IMG/VR virus record: IMGVR_UViG_3300028886_000029
Span: 270,007 to 334,006 of that record
Source of the DNA: a virus
Taxonomy: Duplodnaviria > Heunggongvirae > Uroviricota > Caudoviricetes
Strand: one strand, 5' to 3'
Length of the DNA stretch: 64,000 nt
Shown: in pieces, positions 30,427-40,700 of the stretch
Position numbering within the stretch: position 1 is the stretch's first letter
Layout of the letters: the number at the start of each line of letters is the position of its first letter
The notes under the pieces: generated by a model
Database searches by the model: none
What the model was told of the DNA's origin: nothing
The model's input: the letters and a program-made list of their open reading frames with translations, nothing else
Translations under genes and position numbers: made by a program

Positions 30427-31780
30427 TGGTGGGATGAATTGCACTACAAATATACATATTTTTTGTTAATAAACAAAACTTTTTGATTTTTCATACTATT
30501 TACAAGTAAATGATACAATATAGAACATATACAATAAGACTATTTCCAAACAAGGAACAGGAACAACAACTACAGAACCTACCCCTTGCAAGAAACACAT
30601 TGTATAACATTCTTATTGATATTGAGCAACAGACTTATAAAACAGCTGGCAAAATAAAAACTGAGTATGATTTAGATAAAGACATAACAGCACTAAGAAA
30701 ACAAACGCCATTGTTATTATGCCTTAATTCAAAAGCAAGCCAAAGGGTTGCTAAAGAAATATATTCATCATACAAATCATTTTTTAACCTTATTAAAAAG
30801 GATAACGCAGCAAAACCACCACAAAAACTACAAGATGTTAACCATTTTCATACCGTTGTCTATAACCAAACAGGTTGGAAATTCATTAATGATGAAACCT
30901 TAAAAATTAATGGTATTGTTGTTAATTACAAAGGGATTCCAGGTATTGACTATTCTAAGCAAACAATTAAAGAAGTTAAACTTAAATACCGTAATGGTAA
31001 ATATCTTCTTGATTTAGGCATTGAAAATTATGTTCAGGAAAAGGAAGAATTGACACAAGAAAACAAGGTGCTTGCAATTGACTTAGGGATTAAGAACCTA
31101 TGTAATGGTGTTGATAATCTGGGGAATGTTGTTATAATACCTAACAAAGCAAAAAAAATTAACACATACTTTAGAAAACAAATATCCAAAGTACAAAGTA
31201 AGATGGATAAATGTGCTAAAGGTAGCAATAGACATGAAAAGCTAAAAAAAGTAAAGAAAAAACTGTACAAACGAAAGGATGCACAGATAAAACAAACTCT
31301 ACATATTCAGAGTAAAAAATTAGTGAATATGAACTACAAAACAATTGTAGTAGGTGACTTAAGCGTAAAGAAACTCATGGAAAAGGGAAGTAACAAATTA
31401 ACGAAGACATCCAGGAGCTTCAGTGAAAGCGCGATAGCCACATTTATGGAATTTTTAACATATAAATGCCAAAACAGTAACACTGAGTTGGAAACCATTA
31501 ATGAGAAATGGACAACACAGCAGAATTGTTTAACGGGCAAGTTATTTAAAAATAAAGTAGAATTATCGGATAGGGTAGTTTATCTTTCAGATTCCATAGT
31601 AATTGACCGTGATTTGAATGCTGCAATTAATATATTGAAGCGATATGAACAGAATCACATTGCACTGCTGACAGTGCCATTGGATGTATCCAATGTGGTT
31701 AATAGGTATAACTTATTAACAAATATGTGTTCTTAAAATTGGTTAAGAACCCCACGATTTCAATCGTGGGAGTATGTCAG
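30396..31780 (+). mobile_element. non-autonomous IS200/IS605-family element (tnpB only) with IS608-like ends
   Basis: Target TTAC at 30392-30395; left AAAG + hairpin CCCACTAC-TTTA-GTGGTGGG; right GAAC + hairpin CCCACGATT-TC-AATCGTGGG + AGTATGTCAG. Confidence 0.88.
30510..31736 (+). CDS. tnpB: TnpB RNA-guided endonuclease
   Basis: N-terminal YTIRLFPNKEQ; RuvC-I LAIDLG; VVGDL; INEKWTTQ; RuvC-III DRDLNAAINI. Confidence 0.9.
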   Translation: MIQYRTYTIRLFPNKEQEQQLQNLPLARNTLYNILIDIEQQTYKTAGKIKTEYDLDKDITALRKQTPLLLCLNSKASQRVAKEIYSSYKSFFNLIKKDNAAKPPQKLQDVNHFHTVVYNQTGWKFINDETLKINGIVVNYKGIPGIDYSKQTIKEVKLKYRNGKYLLDLGIENYVQEKEELTQENKVLAIDLGIKNLCNGVDNLGNVVIIPNKAKKINTYFRKQISKVQSKMDKCAKGSNRHEKLKKVKKKLYKRKDAQIKQTLHIQSKKLVNMNYKTIVVGDLSVKKLMEKGSNKLTKTSRSFSESAIATFMEFLTYKCQNSNTELETINEKWTTQQNCLTGKLFKNKVELSDRVVYLSDSIVIDRDLNAAINILKRYEQNHIALLTVPLDVSNVVNRYNLLTNMCS

Positions 31781-31832
31781 GCTTGACGGAAAAAACATGA
31801 ACAATAATACAACAATTAAACAGTAAAACCAC

Positions 31833-32339
31833 ATGAAAATCAAAATTAAAAAACTAAATGATTTGGCTAAAACACCGGTTAAGGCGAAAGAAGGTGATTT
31901 TTGTTATGATGTGTGGGCAACATCAGTGGAAGAGATAGCACCCAATGTCTACAAATATGGAACAGGACTTGCGTTTGAAATTGTAAGAGATTATGAAACG
32001 GTACTAAATTATGATAAAAAATCATGCTCTTCAGGTCTTGAACTTAATTTAGACTATTCACCATTAAATATTTCAATTGATTTTAGACCAAGAAGTTCTG
32101 TATGGAAAACAGGAATGGTTCTCAGTAATTGTGAAGGTACAATTGATGAAGGCTATAGAAACGAGGTATTTGCCATTTTTTATCATGTGATGCCCAATAT
32201 GCCAAAATACGAAGTCGGTGATAGAATTGGACAAATTAAAATCGGTGTTACAACACCTATTGATTTTGAAGTTGTGGATGAATTAAATAATGACACTGAC
32301 CGTGGACTTGATGGTTTTGGTAGTAGTGGTCTAAAATAG
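31833..32339 (+). CDS. dut: trimeric dUTPase
   Basis: RPRSS, GTIDEGYR, GDRIGQ, RGLDGFGSSG. Confidence 0.92.
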   Translation: MKIKIKKLNDLAKTPVKAKEGDFCYDVWATSVEEIAPNVYKYGTGLAFEIVRDYETVLNYDKKSCSSGLELNLDYSPLNISIDFRPRSSVWKTGMVLSNCEGTIDEGYRNEVFAIFYHVMPNMPKYEVGDRIGQIKIGVTTPIDFEVVDELNNDTDRGLDGFGSSGLK

Positions 32340-32346
32340 AAAACTT

Positions 32347-33207
32347 ATGGATTTGCTAACAGAAATCAAAAAAATAATAAAAGAAGAGTATGGTATTTCA
32401 GATGTTGTTAACTTGGAAACAAGAAAAATCATTAACACAATAAAATCATACCACCCAAAAAACGCAAAACAAATTGTTAATGGTTTTCCACTAATTGAAG
32501 GGGAAATATATAACTATGTGTTTCTTAATATTAGAATAGATTTGTTTTTTAGAATATATTACATTACAGATAACAGTCAAATTAATTTAATTAAAGATAC
32601 AAACCCAGGTAATACTGCTTTTGATGAAAACACACAAAAGTACTTTATCCAAACAACTGTTATCTGTAATAATGGTAATTTTACTGACTATAACGGAACG
32701 ACTGAACATGAGGTTGACCATCTTTTTAAAATTAAAAAAAGAGGTAAAAAACCACTGTATAATCCAATAAGTCAGGAAATTTATCAAAAAGCAAGAAATT
32801 TGTGTATTAGAGACAATTTCTATTCCCAAATTGTTGGCTACGTTATTTACTATAATAACAAATTTGAAAGGGACGCGTTCGCAAGTGAAACATATAGAAC
32901 CATAATGGACAACCCACATACTGAGCCAATTGAAACGGTTAAAAATGGTATATTGTTTAAAAATATTAAAATAATAAATACTTTTATTGAAAATATATCA
33001 ACCGAAGACAAAGAAAAAATTGAAAACATACTATCAAACAATTTTGGAAAACATTTTGATTGGTGGTATAATATGGCTAAAAATGTTGTTAGAAACTATT
33101 ATACAAAAATAGGAAAAGCAATAGTGAAGGCTGAAAAAGACCTGTTAAAAAAATATCCAATGTCCAATTTTAAAAAACAAATATCTGAACCACCAACAAA
33201 ACTTTAG
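32347..33207 (+). CDS. HExxH zincin-like protein with IIKEE leader
   Basis: HEVDH plus downstream E (FERDAF); related in layout to 29932..30426. Confidence 0.55.
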   Translation: MDLLTEIKKIIKEEYGISDVVNLETRKIINTIKSYHPKNAKQIVNGFPLIEGEIYNYVFLNIRIDLFFRIYYITDNSQINLIKDTNPGNTAFDENTQKYFIQTTVICNNGNFTDYNGTTEHEVDHLFKIKKRGKKPLYNPISQEIYQKARNLCIRDNFYSQIVGYVIYYNNKFERDAFASETYRTIMDNPHTEPIETVKNGILFKNIKIINTFIENISTEDKEKIENILSNNFGKHFDWWYNMAKNVVRNYYTKIGKAIVKAEKDLLKKYPMSNFKKQISEPPTKL

Positions 33208-33257
33208 TTGTTTAATTAAATTAATTTTTATATTTTTGTAAAAAATAGATTGATATT

Positions 33258-34178
33258 ATGCACGATGAAATTGCGTTAAATTATGATGACATCACTGTCA
33301 TTCCAGAAAAAATCACAACAATAACAAGTAGAAAAGAATGTAACCCATATGATGAAAACGGTTATTTGCCGATATTCGCAAGTTGTATGAGTTCCGTTGT
33401 GTCAATAGACAACACCAAAGATTTTAACAAAGCCAAAATAAGAACAGTCATTCCAAGAAGTTATTCTGTTGATGATAGGCTTAAATATCTTGCTGAAAAT
33501 TTCCCCAATACACCAAATTTTGTGGCATTTTCACTTAATGAGGCAAAAGATTTGTTCGTTGATAACTATCTACTAACAACAGTAAAAATTAACAAATACT
33601 TTACTAAATATTTAGATACTAATTTAATTAATGTACTTAGTGATAAAAATAAAACATGGAAAACTGAATTCCAATGGCCAATTAAAATCTGTATTGATTT
33701 GGCGAATGGACACATGAAGAAACTCCTTGATTTGGTTAAGGACATTAAAAGAATACATGGTGATAATATTATTATCATGACAGGAAACATTGCGAACCCT
33801 GAAACATATCGTGATTATGAGGAGGCAGGTGTGGATTATTGCAGGGTTTCCGTGGGTACAGGAGACGCTTGTTTTGTTGAAGGAACAAAAATAACAATGG
33901 CTGATGGTAGTAAAGTCAATGTTGAAGATGTTGATAAAGGTGATTTTGTTAAAACCAAAAACGGAATTTATAAAGTTACTAATACTATTGTAAAAAAAAC
34001 AGAAGAAACAATAAAAATTAATGATGATATTGAGTGTACTCCAAATCATAAATTTTTTGTTGTTAAGAAAAATGATGTCAAAGAAAACATTGATTTAACA
34101 GATGAAGAAATTAAAAAAATTGGATTTTGGGTCGAAGCATCTGAATTAACCGATGATTATTTCTTGGTACAGGCATAA
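33258..34178 (+). CDS. GuaB/GuaC (IMPDH/GMP reductase family) N-extein + split-intein N-fragment
   Basis: LNYDDITVIP, CIDLANGH, MTGNIA, RVSVGTGDA, then intein block A CFVEGTKI (33870) and block B CTPNHKF. Confidence 0.9.
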   Translation: MHDEIALNYDDITVIPEKITTITSRKECNPYDENGYLPIFASCMSSVVSIDNTKDFNKAKIRTVIPRSYSVDDRLKYLAENFPNTPNFVAFSLNEAKDLFVDNYLLTTVKINKYFTKYLDTNLINVLSDKNKTWKTEFQWPIKICIDLANGHMKKLLDLVKDIKRIHGDNIIIMTGNIANPETYRDYEEAGVDYCRVSVGTGDACFVEGTKITMADGSKVNVEDVDKGDFVKTKNGIYKVTNTIVKKTEETIKINDDIECTPNHKFFVVKKNDVKENIDLTDEEIKKIGFWVEASELTDDYFLVQA

Positions 34179-34252
34179 AATGTTTGTCTTTTTCCAAAAC
34201 ATTTACTATTTATAATAAAAAAAAAATAATAGATATAAAATTGTTTTTAAAA

Positions 34253-35311
34253 TTGGCAGAATTAGAATGTAAAGAATGTGGTAAAATTTTTGAATATGAA
34301 AAAGAATCTTCTTGTAGGGGACAGTTAAAGAGACATTTAAGAGAATGTCACCATATGTCAGTATTAGATTATATTGTTAAGCACGAATATAATGGTATTA
34401 GACCAAAATGTCCATGTGGTTGTGGCCATGAATTAAATTTAAGAAGTGGTGGAAAAAGATGGGAATTTACCAAATACTATGCTGATACTTGTTATGGTAA
34501 TTTAGTTAGAAGTTGTAATGAAGATGTTTTAAAACATTATAAAGAAGCACATAAAAATGATTTTGATGTTGTAAAATATTATGAAACACATTACGATAGG
34601 GATACATATGAAAAGGCATTTAAATTATTTTCAAGTAAAGAATTTACCTTAGAGGATGTTTCAAAATCTTATAATATTGATAAAAGGACATTGAAAAAAG
34701 TGTGGCTTGCAATGAACATTACAAATGCGGCTGAATTGACTGAACTAATAGATTATTCTAAATATACATTGTCAAAGTTACATAATCCTAAAGTGATTAT
34801 AAATGACGAAACAATGATGAGTTGGATGTATAATATGATAAAAACACACCCCTCCAAATATACAATACATGCACTAATAAAAGAATATAACAAAACACAT
34901 TTGGAAAATCCTTGTGAATCATATGATGGAACTTTGTTACAGTCTCTACATAGAATTTATGGTGATGAAATTGATTTTTTGTTAGCAACAGGCTATCACT
35001 CCAGCGAAGAATACAAACTTTATGAAGTATTAAAATTTTTTATACCTGAATATAGAATTAAGTTGGGTAAAAGATTTATTTTAAATGGTGATTATTGCTA
35101 TTTTGATTTTTTAATTGGTTCAAAACTACTTATTGAATATGATTCCGATGGAAAATTTCATGAATCAAAATCAGTGAAAATAAATGATAAAGAAAAAGAA
35201 AATTTTGCAAAAGAAAACGGTTATTCTTTTTTAAGACTTTCGAAAAAAGAAGCACAAGATATTAACACAATTATTAAAATTAAAAACATGTTAAAAAATG
35301 AAACTAGTTGA
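34253..35311 (+). CDS. free-standing Vsr/DUF559-like endonuclease with Zn-finger N-terminus (putative homing endonuclease)
   Basis: CKEC...H...H, CPCGCG; FDF...IEYDSDGKFH...D..K...GYSFLRL; TTG start after ACTATTTAT. Confidence 0.75.
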   Translation: MAELECKECGKIFEYEKESSCRGQLKRHLRECHHMSVLDYIVKHEYNGIRPKCPCGCGHELNLRSGGKRWEFTKYYADTCYGNLVRSCNEDVLKHYKEAHKNDFDVVKYYETHYDRDTYEKAFKLFSSKEFTLEDVSKSYNIDKRTLKKVWLAMNITNAAELTELIDYSKYTLSKLHNPKVIINDETMMSWMYNMIKTHPSKYTIHALIKEYNKTHLENPCESYDGTLLQSLHRIYGDEIDFLLATGYHSSEEYKLYEVLKFFIPEYRIKLGKRFILNGDYCYFDFLIGSKLLIEYDSDGKFHESKSVKINDKEKENFAKENGYSFLRLSKKEAQDINTIIKIKNMLKNETS

Positions 35312-36020
35312 AATAAAAAAAATCACACACAAACAGTGTACTAAAAATGTTTATGACCTTGAAGTTGAAACTGAACATTCTTACATTGCAAATGGTTATA
35401 TAGTGCATAATTGCCTTACAGCGAGTAACACAGCGGTTCATTTTCCGGTCTTTTCCTTATTGCAAAAAATCTATGATATAAAACAGCAAATTGGTGGTAA
35501 ATGTAAAATTATCGCTGACGGTGGAATAAAAGGATATAGGGATATACAAAAAGCTTTGATTTATGCTGATTATGTGATGATTGGCAGCTTATTTAATAAA
35601 GCGATGGAAAGCGCCGGTAAAACCACCTACGGTAGTTTCTATTGGAACATCAGGGGTAAAAAAATATATAGGCCAATCACAACCCTTCTAAAATACGGTA
35701 AGGAAATACCTAAAGACAAATATGAGGAAACTTATAGACTCATTAAAGACAATAAACTGACAGTGTGGAAAGAGTTCTTCGGTCAAAGCACAAAAATAGC
35801 ACAGGCTATAGTGGCATCGGCAAATACACAAACCCTTAAGTCACTTAAAACATCTGAAGGTCTCCTTAAATACCAAAAAGTAGAGTACACATTACAAAGC
35901 TGGGCTGAAAATGAAACCGATTACTTGCGTTCGGCAATGTCCTATACCAACTCACATACACTTGATGAATATAAAAACAGCCAATGGACAAGAATCACAC
36001 AAATTAGATATAATAAATAA
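35298..36020 (+). CDS. split-intein C-fragment (38 aa) + GuaB/GuaC C-extein
   Basis: VYDLEVETEHSYIANGYIVHN|CLT; IIADGGI, DYVMIGS, SEG, LRSAMSY. Confidence 0.9.
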   Translation: MKLVEIKKITHKQCTKNVYDLEVETEHSYIANGYIVHNCLTASNTAVHFPVFSLLQKIYDIKQQIGGKCKIIADGGIKGYRDIQKALIYADYVMIGSLFNKAMESAGKTTYGSFYWNIRGKKIYRPITTLLKYGKEIPKDKYEETYRLIKDNKLTVWKEFFGQSTKIAQAIVASANTQTLKSLKTSEGLLKYQKVEYTLQSWAENETDYLRSAMSYTNSHTLDEYKNSQWTRITQIRYNK

Positions 36021-36021
36021 A

Positions 36022-36180
36022 ATGGAAAACTTGACTTGGAAAGATATTAAAACAATCGTGAACATAGCGGATGACATGATTGATTTGGATATTCAGGACA
36101 AATTACCTGAATGCTGTGCGACTGAGGAAGGCTATTATCAGGAAATTTTAAACAGATTTTTAAAAAGAAAAGAGAGGTAA
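36022..36180 (+). CDS. small hypothetical protein (LTWKD module)
   Basis: Similar to C-terminal half of 39813..40121. Confidence 0.6.
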   Translation: MENLTWKDIKTIVNIADDMIDLDIQDKLPECCATEEGYYQEILNRFLKRKER

Positions 36181-36198
36181 TCATTTACCTCTCTTTTT
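36168..36198. terminator. bidirectional terminator
   Basis: AAAAGAGAGGTAA-TCAT-TTACCTCTCTTTT. Confidence 0.8.
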
Positions 36199-36205
36199 AT
36201 ATATA

Positions 36206-37513
36206 CTAAGCATCAACCCTTGTCCAACCTGTTGGAATACCACGTGTACCTGTTGTCCATCCTGTCATAGATGCCGCCTTAACAAATGTACCTGATGCTG
36301 CCACACCATTTACCCAATTAGCGGTACAATCAGTTGCTGATATATCAGTGGCAAGACATTTAATATAATTAAGATTTGTACAACCTTGAAACATACTCTT
36401 ATAACACTGAGTTACTAATGTTGTAGCTGATAATTCAGGTGTGGTTGTTAAACTTGTACAACCCTGGAACATACTGTCATAACAACTATTCGCTAATGTT
36501 GTTGCGGGTAATTCAGGTGTGGTTACTAATGACGTACAGTTTCTGAACATAGAAACGTAGCATTCAACAGTCAATGCTGTTGCTAACAAATAATTTGAAG
36601 GTATTGCTGTTAAGGAAGCGCAATTTTGGAACATACTACTGCAACAATAATCTGCTAATGTTGTTGCTGATAAAGCGGGTACCGACGTTAAAGCTGTGCA
36701 ACCATAGAACATCTGATTATAACAACCATATGCTAATGTTGTGGCAGGTAACTCAGGTGCGGTTCTTAGACTTGTACAACCCCAGAACATACTACTACAA
36801 CAATAATTTGCTAACGTTGTTGCAGGCAATTCAGGTGCTGTAGTTAGATTTGTACAACCTCTGAACATATACATATAACAACCGCTTGCCAATGTGGTGG
36901 CAGGTAAAACTGAAGGTGCAGTGGTTAAGCCTGTACAATCCCTGAACATATAATAATAACAATAATCAGCTAATGTAGTAGCAGGTAACAGTAGTTTACT
37001 TGCATCGGTTAAACCTGTACATTTATAAAATAAATGCCTAAATGCATAATAACCATTACTTTCTAATGTGGTTAGTGTACTGAAATTGGTTGGGTTAATC
37101 AATGACATTATGTTTCCTTTAACCTTGAATTGTGCCGTACTACCACTGAATGTATTATAAGAAGATGATGTACCATATGCGGTGTTATTTCCTCTAAGTT
37201 GAACGGTATTACCTGATTCAACATCTATTGGAATACCATCAGTTGTACTTGTGATGGATGTCCATGTTGTACCATTATCTTTACTATATTCAATGGTTTT
37301 GGTTAATGCCGTGTCACTTGCTTTCCAAACAATATTACCGCCACCCGTTATCTCAAATGTAAGCGGTGTTTCAAGTAGTTTCTCATATTCGGATTTGTTA
37401 TAGTTAACCTTGGCGTTATCCTCAGTGTAAGATACCCAAGGTTCAAGATAATCATTATTTCTTGCCGTTGTATATTCAGCAACTGTATTAAATCTATGAA
37501 GCCATCTACTCAT
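36206..37513 (-). CDS. BspA-like LRR protein, paralog 4 (8 repeats)
   Basis: MSRWLHRFNT...YLEPWVS...KVNYNK N-module; same repeats and C-cap. Confidence 0.85.
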   Translation of the reverse strand: MSRWLHRFNTVAEYTTARNNDYLEPWVSYTEDNAKVNYNKSEYEKLLETPLTFEITGGGNIVWKASDTALTKTIEYSKDNGTTWTSITSTTDGIPIDVESGNTVQLRGNNTAYGTSSSYNTFSGSTAQFKVKGNIMSLINPTNFSTLTTLESNGYYAFRHLFYKCTGLTDASKLLLPATTLADYCYYYMFRDCTGLTTAPSVLPATTLASGCYMYMFRGCTNLTTAPELPATTLANYCCSSMFWGCTSLRTAPELPATTLAYGCYNQMFYGCTALTSVPALSATTLADYCCSSMFQNCASLTAIPSNYLLATALTVECYVSMFRNCTSLVTTPELPATTLANSCYDSMFQGCTSLTTTPELSATTLVTQCYKSMFQGCTNLNYIKCLATDISATDCTANWVNGVAASGTFVKAASMTGWTTGTRGIPTGWTRVDA

Positions 37514-37728
37514 AATTAATTTAGTGATTTTGCTTATTATTATAATAATAAATATTTTAATAAAAACAAAATCACTATCCTCACAAAAAATTATCTCCTA
37601 TTTTTTCTTTGTTATTCACTCATATTTTTGTATTTTTGTAAAAAAAGTAAAAATATATTTCTTATCACATCAAAACGGCACGATTTTTGTAATATAAAAA
37701 AACAAACTTTTAAAAAAAAATTATTTTT

Positions 37729-40700
37729 ATGGAACTTATTAAAAAAATACATTCACTTATTACCGGTTACAAAACAAAAGATGTTGAAGGTGCTGAATTG
37801 TGGGTCGTATCATGGAACGCACGTTACGGGGATTGTTATACTGATACTGAGCGTGCCGCCAAAGCGTTCTTCACCGAAGAAGACGCAAAGACATTTGTTA
37901 AATCATTGAAAGACGCACAAGAACTTTTAAATTATACCGAAAGTCTTGACATTAAAATCCAAAAACAAAAGTAACAAAATGAAAAAAGTTTTAAGTATTT
38001 TAGTAACCATCATCCTCTTAATGGGTTGTTCAGATTATTCAGAAGAAGAACAAATTAAACGCCATCAGACTTTTATCCAGAATCATACAATAATGATTGA
38101 GATGGAGTTTAACGGAAACACACATGAATTTGTGTGGTATGCAAGTGGATATACCGCTGGTTTAGCACATTGGCCTGATTGCAAATATTGTAATTCAAAA
38201 CAGTAAATGATATGGATAGAAAATGTACCAACTGTGCCTTCTGTCAAAGATTTAAATATTCCTCAAATGATAAGACTGAACAAATGAGGTGTTGGACGGA
38301 ACCAGGTGTTTGTGACCATGCGTTTGTGCAGTCAATAAAAGAGGCTGAGAACTATGTCTGTGAGGAACATAAATTTCAGGAAGAGTATATCAGAGAACTG
38401 TATGAGGATGCAAAAGAGAAATATGAGTATTATAAAAAAGAAATGAAAAAATTAGACCAACTTAAAACAAAAAGTGATGGTTCTGAGTTTTCCGCTTAAC
38501 ACAAAAAAAGAAATAAATATGAAGTACATTGACGCAGACAAGTTATTGTCCGAGATTGAACGTGAACAAGAACAAGATTGGGAAAAAATACTTGAGTTTG
38601 CGCATAATAAAGGATGGTTATGAAAAAAGTTTTTGAACAAATACTTACATGGTTTGAAGATACCTTTGAGGACGGTAAAATAGATGATTCGTATCACAAG
38701 CGAATTGTTAATGGTGTTGTCTCATCTTATGTAACAAAAGCTAAATTAAAAGAAAAACTATCTAACATCATCAACTCTTTTCAGCAGGAAAAGCCAGAGG
38801 TGGATTTGGAGAAAGAAATAGAACGATATACGGAGGAAACAATTCATCTCCCAATAACTCATAAAAGAACCCCAATGGATATAATGGAATCTGATTGGGT
38901 TAGATGTGCTCATCACTTCTACGAACTTGGTCTTAAAGCAAGAAAGGAGGAATAACATGACAGCACCAGATAAGATTTACGTGCCTCAACATGATATTGA
39001 AGCAGGAAATATTCAAGAATTGGGTGAACTTATTGTGGCAGGTTCAACGGAATACATTCGCAAGGACGCTCTTATAGAATGGGCAAAATACCAAATGTCG
39101 TTTGAACAGGGATATAGTACTGGCGAAGCGGAACGTGCATACCGTTTTGCTATGATGGATTTGATTGAAAAACTAAATACAATATAATAAAAAACACAAA
39201 TAACATGACATATTATTTAACAAATAACGGAACCATAATATATGGTTATTTATTGGTTGACACAGATTCTCTTTGTAATTATTATTACCCGCTTAATGGT
39301 TATGAAATTGTTTATTTTTAAAATTTAATTTATATGGCTTGGTATTATTTGGTATCACTAATTATTGTTTATATTGTGATGATTGTCGTCACAACCGTCC
39401 TACTCGCAAAATGGTCAAAAGACAAGAACCCTGAGTGGATTTTTGTTGGCTTAGTGTGGCCTCTCGATTTAGTGATTTTCTTGTTCCTTGTGTTTCTGCG
39501 AACAATTGAAATCATCGTTGGAAAATTTACGGACAAAGAAGAAGAACATAATTAAAAAAACATAACAACAAATGGAAACACCAGATAAAATTTATCTCGA
39601 AAAAGAAAGAGAAACAAATAAGATTTCCCACCTTTGGGGTGTCTCACCGGTAGTACATAGTGGCTACGAACATATTGAATATATCCGCAAGGATACTATA
39701 GAAGAAATTTTGAGGAAAATAAAATATCAAATGAATGAGGGCTGTAGTGACTGTTTTGATTTCATTGACTGGTTAAGAGATTTTATTGATGAGCAATTAG
39801 AAGAATGTTAATATGACAAGAGCAGAAGAAGCGGCATTGAAAGTCCTGCCTAATTACCCGCTTGAAACTTATGCAGATGAGGACGAGTACATTGAAGTTG
39901 AATCAGTGCGAAGTATGCAAAGGGCATTTTATCGTAAAGGTTACGAACAAGCAGAGAAAGACCTTGTTTTGACTTGGAAAGATATGAGGAAAATATCCAG
40001 GATATTGGATATGATAGTAGATGATGATATCAAGGGTAAAATTCCAGAAGAATGGGGAGACGAAGAATACTATGAGGAAGTCCTAAGGAGATACAATAAA
40101 GCAAAGGAGGAGACGAAATGACTAACATAGAAAAGATACGCCAAGAGGTTGAAAGGCTTAAAAATGACTATCTGAACAGGAGTTACACATTTGTTCCAGT
40201 AGCAATGCAGCAACTATTGGAGTTTATTGCCTCCCTGTCAGAAGAAAAACTTTCTCTTCCAGACAATCTTGATGTGGCGGCACAAAAGGTTGAGGACTAT
40301 TATGATGTTGGTGAGGAGCATGGATATTTATACTGCCATCGTGGAGATATAAAAGATGCTTTCAAAGCCGGTGTCAAGTGGATGGCTGAGCAAGGCTATA
40401 CAACGGAAACAAGAGTTGATAGAACACCTATGAATGGACCGATTGGAATATGTCTGCATTTACACGATTCAACCGGCTTTAAGATTGATGACAAGGTAAT
40501 AGTTCAAATCAGAAAGAAATAGTGAACAATTATGGAAACATTCACATTCGGAAAATATAAAGGTTACAAAATTGACACCATCATCGAAATCAACCCAAAA
40601 TATGCTCTCTGGGCAGACCAAAATGTATCATTCTTCTCACTAACAGAAGAACAAAGAAACATGGCTAATTCTTTAGTAAGAAAATCTTTAAGACCGACCC

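Noticed and set aside
8235-37513. Diversity-generating retroelement acting on the LRR genes
   Set aside because: Many variable codons are NNT, but E, Q, K, M and W also occur; no reverse transcriptase or adenine-only template pair is visible in this window. Cannot be excluded elsewhere in the genome
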